DNA of 60,886 nucleotides, taken from assembly GCA_017539865.1 (NCBI GenBank), contig JAFYCE010000049.1, positions 1 through 60,886 on the forward strand, written 5' to 3'. The translations under genes were made by a program, and so were the position numbers. The notes under the pieces are model-generated. The model saw only the letters and a list, made by a program, of their open reading frames with translations, was not told the DNA's origin and made no database searches. Positions 39,674-47,618 of this stretch are shown piece after piece; within the stretch, counting starts at the first letter, position 1, and each line of letters begins with the position of its first letter. Source of the DNA: Alphaproteobacteria bacterium. GTDB lineage: Bacteria > Pseudomonadota > Alphaproteobacteria > CAAGCB01 > CAG-977.

Positions 39674-41971
39674 TCATAGCTCTTTATCTTCTTTTACAAA
39701 GCTTTGTTCCAACGAGCTTTGACAAAGGTATCCGATATAATCATAAACTTCCTCGGCAGAGGCTCCTTGTTCCAATAACGCTTTTGCGACAAGAGCGTAT
39801 TCCATTCCTAAACTGGTTTGGAATACGGCACTGTCATCCGTATTGATGGAAACAGGAACGTCATAATCCGATTTTTTCCGTGTCTTCAAGGAATAAAGCT
39901 TATGGGTGTTCAAAAAGAATAGCGGTAAATCGGAATAATTGTCGATAGGAGATATTTTTCTGTTTGACGACGGATTTGTTTCAACGGCTATTCCTTTTTT
40001 TACCAGTGTTTTTTTCAGTAAACCCTGACATTCGGACAGACATTTAAGATAAATATCGTCTATTTGGATTTCAATACCGTGCGCCCGGTTTCGGATAAAA
40101 GAATCGTCGTATAAATAATGCCAATGAAGTCTTTGAGCCATTTTATTCGAAGAAACCGAACGATAATCCGGATTGTCGATATTTTTGCGCCAAAAATCTT
40201 CTAAAGAAATCAAAGGGCCGTTACACTCATAAAGGAACGGATCGTCCGCTCGCAAACGCCATGCGGACAGATAGGTATCAATGTCTATATTTCGAAAATA
40301 GCCGTCTCCGTTGAATAATTTATTCCTCTCGGAAAAGAAACGGTCCGCGATTTCAAACAAAAGCGACGGATCCGCCTGTCCGGATTTCAGCATAAAGTAT
40401 ATCCAAGCCAAATTATCCAAATATTCCCCTCTGGGAATGACAATACGGTTCATTCTGATATTTGAAATTTGTTCAGGATCCGCACCCAACGCCAAAGCGT
40501 GCCCCAGCCGGTCTCCGCGCCGGAAATTAAAAAAATCAATCGTTTCGTAAATCGCTCTTAATCCGGAACAAAGCGACGTATAGACTTCGCCGACATGGTA
40601 AGTGAAAAACAAATCCTTTTTTTCCGCGCGACAACGCCTGAAATAGGGGGCGAAAAATTCCGGTGCAATGTTCAATTCATTTCCCGCCGCATCAATACCC
40701 AATAAACATTCGCCATAACCGCTCCTCAACACATTCAGTACGCATTGAGCTTGCCGGCTTATCATACGATGTTTTTTCTTCAGCCGTTCAAAAGCTGTTC
40801 CGTTATCATCGATATCGCGTTTTATAAAATGGAATATATAACCGCATCGAACACCGTTTTGTTCGAAAGTTTCCATTTCCTTTTTTATCTTTTTGAAAGC
40901 CCCTCTTTTCAATGGCACTATTCTGAATTCTATTTTGGAAACGATCCCTTCCTCGGAATATTTATCAAAAATGCTTTTATACAAAGCGGCTTTCTGATTT
41001 TCATCAATAAATAAACCTTTTTTATCTTGGCATTCTTGAAATTTTTCAAAGCCCATACCGACATTATCCAATGTAAATTGGAAATAAATTTTTATCAATC
41101 CCACCAAATATAAATTAAACAAGTCCCGAAAGAAGTCAGACTTTTTTGTGATTTTACCGAAGCAGTCTTTTAAAAAACGGCATTCGTTATCATATCTGCC
41201 GCAACGTTCCTTGTGGTGTTCGGCCAGATAAGACTGCATCCATTTTATTTTATCGATACATTCCGAAACATCCGCGTATTCTTTCGCTTTCAGAATTTTT
41301 CTTATATCGGAAAGGAATAAAACGTCTTCATCTTTTTTTTGATACGTCCTTTCATCGAATAAATTCCGATATTCCATGAAAATACGTAAGATTTTCACTT
41401 TAAGATAAAAAATGTCATTAAAACATGCCGATTTATTATAAAACGGCTTTTTATAAATAAAATTGTTCCAGTTGATTTCGGTCGAATAGCCGGACGCGTT
41501 CAAGTGCATATGGTTTTCGGCAACCTTATCCTTTTTCAAGATGCTGTATAATCTGTGATTGTCGTGCTTGAATAAAAAATGTTTCGGAAGATCCGCATGA
41601 AAAGCCGCCATATAAACAATCGCCGGTGCGACATTGATAAAATCGTTCCATTCCAGCAGATCGTCAAATCGGATTTCGATGTTTTCATTTTTATCGATCA
41701 GATATTTTTCAGCGACTTGAACAAATAATTCATCAGCCCAAAAGCACTCTTTTTCCCCGATTTTTTCAAAAACGATATTGTCTAAAATCGTGCGGGAATA
41801 ATTATCCGGATAAAGGCTCAGGTATCTGCTTTCAATCTCCCGCCGGACGTTTTTATCCGCCAGATTAAAGGCAGAACCGTCCATATAGGAGGATTGAGAC
41901 ATTTTAGCGCAAAGCCCGTCAAAATCCGCTTCCTTGTAGATACAACGAATCAAACGTTCATGATTTTTCAT
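39674..41971 (-). CDS. Large divergent adenosine-deaminase-fold protein (RdrB-like, RADAR-type effector candidate)
   Basis: The 765-aa product carries the ordered ADA signatures HMH (aa 154-156), GIDAAGNE (425-432), YHVGE (458-462), RLGHA (488-492), ETNPSSN (664-670) and INTDDSAVF (709-717). Its ATG overlaps the upstream gene by 14 nt. Confidence 0.7.
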   Translation of the reverse strand: MKNHERLIRCIYKEADFDGLCAKMSQSSYMDGSAFNLADKNVRREIESRYLSLYPDNYSRTILDNIVFEKIGEKECFWADELFVQVAEKYLIDKNENIEIRFDDLLEWNDFINVAPAIVYMAAFHADLPKHFLFKHDNHRLYSILKKDKVAENHMHLNASGYSTEINWNNFIYKKPFYNKSACFNDIFYLKVKILRIFMEYRNLFDERTYQKKDEDVLFLSDIRKILKAKEYADVSECIDKIKWMQSYLAEHHKERCGRYDNECRFLKDCFGKITKKSDFFRDLFNLYLVGLIKIYFQFTLDNVGMGFEKFQECQDKKGLFIDENQKAALYKSIFDKYSEEGIVSKIEFRIVPLKRGAFKKIKKEMETFEQNGVRCGYIFHFIKRDIDDNGTAFERLKKKHRMISRQAQCVLNVLRSGYGECLLGIDAAGNELNIAPEFFAPYFRRCRAEKKDLFFTYHVGEVYTSLCSGLRAIYETIDFFNFRRGDRLGHALALGADPEQISNIRMNRIVIPRGEYLDNLAWIYFMLKSGQADPSLLFEIADRFFSERNKLFNGDGYFRNIDIDTYLSAWRLRADDPFLYECNGPLISLEDFWRKNIDNPDYRSVSSNKMAQRLHWHYLYDDSFIRNRAHGIEIQIDDIYLKCLSECQGLLKKTLVKKGIAVETNPSSNRKISPIDNYSDLPLFFLNTHKLYSLKTRKKSDYDVPVSINTDDSAVFQTSLGMEYALVAKALLEQGASAEEVYDYIGYLCQSSLEQSFVKEDKEL

Positions 41972-44360
41972 TTTCTTCCGTCATCTTTTCAAGGATAGCT
42001 TTCGCATTTGGATAGTTTTTGAATATATATATAAAAGTATCCATTTCGCTATCCCATATTTTTCTTCGCTTCTTTATATTTAATGTTTTTCTTATCTCTT
42101 TTATTTTTCCTTTATCTTTATCAGACAGCTCTATTAAACTTAACAATTGCTCAACAAAATCACGTGCATCATAAATGTTTAACTGCTTAAGCTTCATTTT
42201 TACAACCGCTTCATCAAAATTATTTAAATTCTCAAAATCACGATCTATATCCTTCTTTATTCTTTCAATATTTTCAATTAATACATCATCAAAAACAATT
42301 ATATTATCTTCCTTTCTTTTTAATAACAGAGAAATCTTTTCCTTTAACATTTTTTCATAAGGCGTATAAAATGTTGTATTTTTTCCATCAAGCATCCGAT
42401 TGATTTTTTCATAAACATACTTCAATTTTTCTTTTTGTTGATTATCAAAATTTATTCTCACAAAAACGTCAATATCAAAAACGGAATAGAAAACATACCC
42501 ACTATTCGCTGAATTTTCAAAATATTCCTTTTTAAGAACAGCCGTCATCGGATCTGTTCTGTAATTTATTTTCTCTGAATTATTAATGTATTCATCATCG
42601 AAAACAGGACGATATTTTCTATACGAATTATTAATACGTTCGCTATACGGTCGAGTTTCGGTCCAAATCCTACTATTACGCATTATTTTAAAATAGCATA
42701 TTAAATTTATGAATTTTTTTTCTTCTTCATCAAGTATTTCTGTTTCACTATCGACATAACTAATGAAGTTCTCAAACGAATATGTATACCCAAACGTCTC
42801 CGGCATAAACTTTCCATTGATCAGGAGAGAATAATCCTTTTGGTCGTCAAAAGATATATCACCAAAGCTCCGTATAATATCTTTATTAGCTAAATCTAAA
42901 AAAGAGTTTAATAGTTCTATCGAATAAAGAAGTTTTATTAAATAGCAAAGATACATTATCTGTTCACTAGAAGACAATTCTATTTTTATCTTTTCTAAAA
43001 ACTGAAAGACATCACCCATCATTACATTGTAAGTTTCTGTTTTTTTAATAAAAACAATATCGTATTCTTCACTATTTAAAATACCATCAAGCTTTGAGCA
43101 TATATAATAATTTTTATTTCTTACGCTTGTTTTCAACCATTCTTCCAAAATGGAATAATACTCCATATCCAAATTCGCTTTTGCTCTGGAAAGGATATAA
43201 TCCTGATATTTCTTCAGATTAGCTCGCAATTCTGCTTTTTTTATACCGTTTTCTTCATCACGAATTTTATCCATTTCCATCAACATACGCACGAAAGCCA
43301 GCATTTCGCGCAAGCCGTTCGGATAAATCAAATGAACTTTCTCTTTTTCATCAACCGGATCCAGCGGAAGAGCCAGTTTTTCACGAACCAAATTTTCCAT
43401 CAAATCGTGCAGATTTGTTTCTTTATATTTATTTTGATCTTCGTCTGACAATTTATATCCGTTTTCTTTTTTAACGGCAAACGGCTCTAAAATAATCCAA
43501 GCCTTTTCAGTAAAAAATTCTTTTTGCCCTTTTAAATAAATACGACGGGACACCGGCATTTGTTTTTCGTAAAATTGAACGGTCTGATCCTTGATTTCGG
43601 CTATGGAAACAATTTGCTTGTCCATCAAATTTTTATTTTGTTGAATAAAGTGATCCTGAATGATATTCAACAGCTGAATTTCACGGAAAGACAAAATGAC
43701 AATGCAGTTTTTATTCAGCCATTTTTGAATATCTTCTATCATTTGATAAACATATTGATTGGCGACCAAATCCAAATCGTCTATGCACACGACCATTTTG
43801 GTTTTCGAATCTTTTCCTAAAACACCATAAAACGCTTCAATCAGCTCTTTCAAAAGAGCGGCAAAATTGCTTCGTCTTTGAATGTTTTTTACAATATCGG
43901 AAGCGCAGGTATCCTCATAAAATCTTTCTTTGTTCGATTTTATATGGGAAATGACATCCATTATGTCATTTAATTTTTTATTGAAGCGAATATATTTGCC
44001 TTCTGTTTTGTTTTCAAAATTATTGCTCTCTTTTTCTTCTTTATACTTTCTCACTTCTTCAGCCAAAACGCTGATAAAAAATTCGGAGATCGAAAGCGTG
44101 TCGTCAAAAATACTGGGATCAATGATGTCCGTTACAAAAAAATTCTTATTCTTATTTAATTTTTCCCGAACGGCATTGATAAGCGATGTTTTTCCGCATC
44201 CCCGATTGCCGACGATACAGATGATATTGCTGTTGTCTTTTTTATCATCATAACCGTTGCAAAGATTTTCTATCTTCCCGACTTCGGTATTAAAAATGTT
44301 TTCCCCCTCTTTTCCGAGAGCCCCCGTGATTTTATCCCAATTAAACTCTAAATCCTTCAT
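41958..44360 (-). CDS. Large KAP-like P-loop NTPase (RdrA-like, RADAR-type sensor ATPase candidate)
   Basis: The 800-aa product has Walker A GNRGCGKTS (aa 51-59) and Walker B MVVCIDDLDL (aa 189-198) with a spacer of about 130 aa. It has no TM segments. GAGGAAG lies upstream of ATG 44360. The gene is very AT-rich. Confidence 0.65.
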   Translation of the reverse strand: MKDLEFNWDKITGALGKEGENIFNTEVGKIENLCNGYDDKKDNSNIICIVGNRGCGKTSLINAVREKLNKNKNFFVTDIIDPSIFDDTLSISEFFISVLAEEVRKYKEEKESNNFENKTEGKYIRFNKKLNDIMDVISHIKSNKERFYEDTCASDIVKNIQRRSNFAALLKELIEAFYGVLGKDSKTKMVVCIDDLDLVANQYVYQMIEDIQKWLNKNCIVILSFREIQLLNIIQDHFIQQNKNLMDKQIVSIAEIKDQTVQFYEKQMPVSRRIYLKGQKEFFTEKAWIILEPFAVKKENGYKLSDEDQNKYKETNLHDLMENLVREKLALPLDPVDEKEKVHLIYPNGLREMLAFVRMLMEMDKIRDEENGIKKAELRANLKKYQDYILSRAKANLDMEYYSILEEWLKTSVRNKNYYICSKLDGILNSEEYDIVFIKKTETYNVMMGDVFQFLEKIKIELSSSEQIMYLCYLIKLLYSIELLNSFLDLANKDIIRSFGDISFDDQKDYSLLINGKFMPETFGYTYSFENFISYVDSETEILDEEEKKFINLICYFKIMRNSRIWTETRPYSERINNSYRKYRPVFDDEYINNSEKINYRTDPMTAVLKKEYFENSANSGYVFYSVFDIDVFVRINFDNQQKEKLKYVYEKINRMLDGKNTTFYTPYEKMLKEKISLLLKRKEDNIIVFDDVLIENIERIKKDIDRDFENLNNFDEAVVKMKLKQLNIYDARDFVEQLLSLIELSDKDKGKIKEIRKTLNIKKRRKIWDSEMDTFIYIFKNYPNAKAILEKMTEENEKS

Positions 44361-44435
44361 TTTTCTTCCTCTTTTAATAAAGTCTTGTCCGAAGAGAGGG
44401 TTCTTGAATCGTCAGTATGCCGACAAGAAACCGAT

Positions 44436-44444
44436 TTTATATCA
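44436..44444 (-). promoter_or_regulatory. Extended -10 promoter candidate for the ATPase-deaminase operon
   Basis: The minus strand reads TGATATAAA (the TGnTATAAT class) about 75 nt upstream of ATG 44360. No good -35 element occurs at proper spacing. Confidence 0.2.
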
Positions 44445-44676
44445 AAGTCTATCTTTTATAGACGGATTTATCAAACAGTTTAACACTCCGACGTTTATTT
44501 TTAGAACAGCCTGAGAAAATCCGCCATTGTCTCTTTATTACCGATGATTGCCTACCCTGTTTTTACCGATTCGATATGAAAATTTTTTTGAGCCGCCTAC
44601 ACTCCCGTTTCCGTGCTAGCTATTTGTTAGCTTTGAGGCATTTTCAGGCAAAAGAAAAACCATTGAAAACATTATG

Positions 44677-44693
44677 TTTTCAACGGCTTATGT
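44677..44693. repeat. Right copy of the islet-flanking repeat
   Basis: ttttcaacggctt (44677-44689) equals 39382-39394. tcaacggcttatgt (44680-44693) is the reverse complement of 39368-39381. It forms part of an imperfect hairpin, ccattgaaaac-attatg-ttttcaacgg. Confidence 0.5.
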
Positions 44694-44713
44694 TGTTCGG
44701 AGTGAGAGGATTT
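44694..44713 (-). repeat. Duplicated 3' end of tRNA-Pro (att-like scar), 19/20 identical to 44847-44866
   Basis: tgttcggagtgagaggattt compares with tggtcggagtgagaggattt (acceptor 3' strand plus part of the T-arm). It lies 133 nt from the intact tRNA. Confidence 0.6.
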
Positions 44714-44812
44714 ACTCGCGCTGCTCGCCCCTCGGGTCGCCTTCGGCGATACCTTCGCTCACGCTCCGGTGCCGACCTCCTTCTCCGGTTCAATCCGATT
44801 CCCAAATAATAT

Positions 44813-44846
44813 AAAAAAAACCGCTAAACAGCGGCCTTTTTTATAT
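44813..44846 (-). terminator. Short hairpin plus T8 downstream of tRNA-Pro
   Basis: The minus strand reads ggccgct-gttt-agcgg followed by tttttttt. The stem is only 5-6 bp. Confidence 0.4.
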
Positions 44847-44923
44847 TGGTCGGAGTGAGAGGATTTGAACCTCCGGCCCCTACGTCCCGAACGTAGTGCT
44901 CTACCAAGCTGAGCTACACTCCG
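44847..44923 (-). tRNA. tRNA-Pro (anticodon CGG)
   Basis: Hand-folded: acceptor CGGAGTG/CACTCCG, D-arm GCTC/GAGC, anticodon stem CTACG/CGTAG, loop TTCGGGA, T-loop TTCAAAT, discriminator A, CCA. Confidence 0.9.
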
Positions 44924-45004
44924 AATAAGTGTTATTGCTTATAGCGCGAAGTTTGATATACTGCAAGAGGCTTTTATCATTTTTTTTATTTTTTAGGTGC
45001 TGTT

Positions 45005-45982
45005 GTGAAAAGAAATGCGTTTTTTATCGGATTGATTTTGCTTTTTGTCACTGCGTTATGCTTTGTTTTTTATCCGAAAAACAAGTCGGACACAATAATT
45101 TCCGCACCTGAAGAACAAATCGACAAACATGAGAGGACGACCGTCGAAAGGCCTGTTGCAGAAGCGAAAAAAGAAATGATTGTATCCGGTTTAAAGGCCT
45201 CTTTTGATATTGTTCGTGTCGAAGAGGATGGAAGCATGGTCGCAGCCGGTAAAGGAAAAAAAGGCGCGGTTGTTTCTTTAATGGACGGCGAGAAAGTTTT
45301 GACGCGCTTTTCCGTTAATGACGACGGCGAATGGATTTTTATTCCGACGGAACCGTTGGCGGCAGGCGAACACGAAATATGGCTGCAGGATGATTCTATG
45401 AATTCCCGTGAACAGTCCGAAGTCATTGTTGTCAGCGTTCCCGAGCCTAAAAATGCCGGACAGGCTTTAGCCGTAATGATGTCGCCCGACGCGCAGCAGG
45501 TCGAAGTTCTTCAAGCGCCGGTCCCGCAGGTGGAAGCCGAGATTGATATCCGTTCGGTCAATTATGTCAATAATGCATTTGTTATAAACGGAACAGTGCG
45601 TGACAGCGGTCGTATAAACGTTTATTTAGACAACCTGTTTTTAGGTAATGTGACAGCAGAACAGCCGGACTGGCTTTTGCGTGTTTCCAAGCGTCTGCAA
45701 GAAGGAAAAAAATATCAAATTCGTGCAGATAAAGTTGACGCTCGCGGAAAAGTCATCGCCCGCATTGAAGTCCCATTCGAAATGGAAAAAGGGTTGGATA
45801 AAACGAAAAGACGGCATATACGTGTTATCAAAGGCGATTGTTTATGGGCGATTGCCAAGCAGCTGTACGGTTCAGGTTTTGCTTATGTAACCATTTACCA
45901 GGCCAATAAAAATCAAATTAAGAATCCGGATTTAATTTATCCGAATCAGGTCTTTGTTTTGCCTGTAAAATCTGAAAAATAA
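45005..45982 (+). CDS. LysM peptidoglycan-binding domain protein with an N-terminal membrane anchor
   Basis: The GTG start is preceded by AGGTG, followed by an N-terminal TM segment. The C-terminal LysM domain reads IRVIKGDCLWAIAKQLYGSGFAYVTIYQANKNQIKNPDLIYPNQVFVLP. Confidence 0.75.
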   Translation: MKRNAFFIGLILLFVTALCFVFYPKNKSDTIISAPEEQIDKHERTTVERPVAEAKKEMIVSGLKASFDIVRVEEDGSMVAAGKGKKGAVVSLMDGEKVLTRFSVNDDGEWIFIPTEPLAAGEHEIWLQDDSMNSREQSEVIVVSVPEPKNAGQALAVMMSPDAQQVEVLQAPVPQVEAEIDIRSVNYVNNAFVINGTVRDSGRINVYLDNLFLGNVTAEQPDWLLRVSKRLQEGKKYQIRADKVDARGKVIARIEVPFEMEKGLDKTKRRHIRVIKGDCLWAIAKQLYGSGFAYVTIYQANKNQIKNPDLIYPNQVFVLPVKSEK

Positions 45983-46064
45983 AGGAAAACGTAAAAAATA
46001 CTTTTCACAGTTTCACGAATGGCATACAAATACACCTGCCAATCAAATAAAAAAGGAGTTTTAA

Positions 46065-46772
46065 ATGTCCCGAGTTGATTTATCATGGCGTCGCTTTATT
46101 CTTCCGCCCATTCATCCGGAAGGCTGGCGTTTTGTCGGCGTTTTCAGCGCGGTTACGGTTCTGATGTGGATGCTGTTCAAACCGGTCGGAGTGATTTGTC
46201 TGATATTGACGGTGTGGTGCTATTTCTTTTTCCGTAATCCGATTCGTGTCATTCCGGAAGGGGACAGCCTGATTGTTTCTCCTGCAGACGGAATTGTCAG
46301 CGCGATTCGGGACGTCGTTCCGCCGAAAGAATTGGACATGGGGGAAGAGCCCATGACGCGCGTCAGCATTTTCATGAGCGTTTTCAGCGTTCATGTGAAT
46401 CGTGCGCCGGCATCGGGAAAAATCACAAAAATGTTTTACCGTCCCGGGGCTTTTGTTGATGTTTCGTTGGATAAAGAAAGTGAAAACAACGAACGTCAGG
46501 AATTGGCGATGGAAACGGTGACGGGACATAAAATCGCTTTTGTACAGATTGCCGGATTGGTTGCTCGTCGAATATTGACTTTTGTCAAAGAAGGCGACCA
46601 ACTGAAAAAGGGCGAACGTTTCGGTCTGATTCGTTTTGGCAGCCGTTTAGATGTGTATTTGCCTAAAGACGTCGCTCCGCTTGTTATTGAAGGACAAACG
46701 GCCATTGCCGGTGAAACCGTTTTAGCGGATTTGAATGTTTCCGGTCCGGCGCGTAAAGGAGATATGATATAA
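46065..46772 (+). CDS. psd: Phosphatidylserine decarboxylase proenzyme (short alphaproteobacterial type)
   Basis: The self-cleavage site lies in LIRFGSRLDVYLP. It has N-terminal TM segments and sits immediately upstream of pssA. Confidence 0.85.
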   Translation: MSRVDLSWRRFILPPIHPEGWRFVGVFSAVTVLMWMLFKPVGVICLILTVWCYFFFRNPIRVIPEGDSLIVSPADGIVSAIRDVVPPKELDMGEEPMTRVSIFMSVFSVHVNRAPASGKITKMFYRPGAFVDVSLDKESENNERQELAMETVTGHKIAFVQIAGLVARRILTFVKEGDQLKKGERFGLIRFGSRLDVYLPKDVAPLVIEGQTAIAGETVLADLNVSGPARKGDMI

Positions 46773-46773
46773 A

Positions 46774-47571
46774 ATGTTGAAAAATTCCCGTAAACGGATC
46801 AAAGATTTACCGTTAAACCGCATCGCGCCGAATTTGGTGACGTTGTTTGCTTTGTCCTCCGGCGTTACGTCGATTCGTTTTGCAATGGAAGGCAAATTCG
46901 AATTTGCTGTTTTTTGCATTTTAATGTCATCCCTTTTTGATGCTTTGGACGGACGCGTAGCGCGTATGTTACGTGGAACTTCCGATTTCGGAGCGGAACT
47001 GGATTCTCTTTCCGATGTCGTTTGCTTCGGCGTCGCTCCGGGGCTGTTGATGTATTTCTGGGCGTTAGGGACGACTTCCCCGGTCGGTTGGATATTCGCT
47101 CTGTTGGTTCCGATTTGTTGCGCTTTACGTCTAGCTCGATTCAACGTGATGTTGGATGAAGGGCCGCAACCGTCTTATTGGAAACATTTCTTTGTCGGCT
47201 TGCCCGCGCCGGGGGGGGCGTATATTGCATTGGTGCCGATTATGCTGTATTTCCATTGTGAATGTGATTTTTGCCGCAACGGAGCTTTTGTGGAAACGTT
47301 CTTGCTGATCAGCGCTTTTTTGATGGCTTCCCGTTTGCCGACGATTTCTTTAAAGCATTTTCGCATACCGGTGCGTTTCGTTGTTCCGTTGCTGATATTA
47401 GCCGGATTTTATGCCGGCGCTTTGGTTTATAAGCCGTGGCTGACGGCCAGCTTAACATTTATTTTGTATTTGTTGAGCGTTCCGCTTTGCTCTTATGTGT
47501 TCTTAAAAATGAAAGCGCAAGAGGAAAGCAAAAACGAAGAAAAACCGGCAACGGAGGAAAACGCTAAATAA
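46774..47571 (+). CDS. pssA: CDP-diacylglycerol--serine O-phosphatidyltransferase
   Basis: The CDP-alcohol phosphatidyltransferase motif is DALDGRVARMLRGTSDFGAELDSLSDVV (DxxDGxxAR...G...D...D). Confidence 0.85.
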   Translation: MLKNSRKRIKDLPLNRIAPNLVTLFALSSGVTSIRFAMEGKFEFAVFCILMSSLFDALDGRVARMLRGTSDFGAELDSLSDVVCFGVAPGLLMYFWALGTTSPVGWIFALLVPICCALRLARFNVMLDEGPQPSYWKHFFVGLPAPGGAYIALVPIMLYFHCECDFCRNGAFVETFLLISAFLMASRLPTISLKHFRIPVRFVVPLLILAGFYAGALVYKPWLTASLTFILYLLSVPLCSYVFLKMKAQEESKNEEKPATEENAK

Positions 47572-47618
47572 AAGACGCCCATCCGGTCTTTCAGATAAAA
47601 AAACTGCATGACAAAAGG

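Larger units (their letters stand above)
39395..44676. mobile_element. AT-rich genomic islet of about 5.3 kb (defence islet) between tRNA-Gln and tRNA-Pro; no integrase
   Basis: Spot GC counts of single 60-nt lines give 18% (41401, 43021) and 27% (42001) inside. Flanking lines give 60% (38101) and 48% (45421). The islet is bounded by short repeats and holds a phage-like gene fragment plus an ATPase/deaminase operon. Confidence 0.5.

Noticed and set aside
39525-39722. A 65-aa ORF overlaps the Bro-N-like stub and the 3' end of the deaminase gene.
   Set aside because: It is in a different frame from the recognisable Bro-N-like peptide, has no motif, and overlaps a convergent, well-supported gene.
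39674-41971. The 765-aa ADA-fold gene might simply be a second metabolic adenosine or AMP deaminase.
   Set aside because: A canonical add is present at 15344-16675. This protein is more than twice as long and is coupled by a 14-nt overlap to a P-loop NTPase. It also lies on an AT-rich tRNA-flanked islet. That context fits a defence effector better than purine salvage.
44576-44809. A 77-aa ORF spans the region between the islet and tRNA-Pro.
   Set aside because: It runs across the duplicated tRNA-Pro fragment and the GC-rich remnant. It is R/L/S-rich, has no RBS and is most likely non-coding scar sequence. I also considered a structured ncRNA here but cannot support one by eye.
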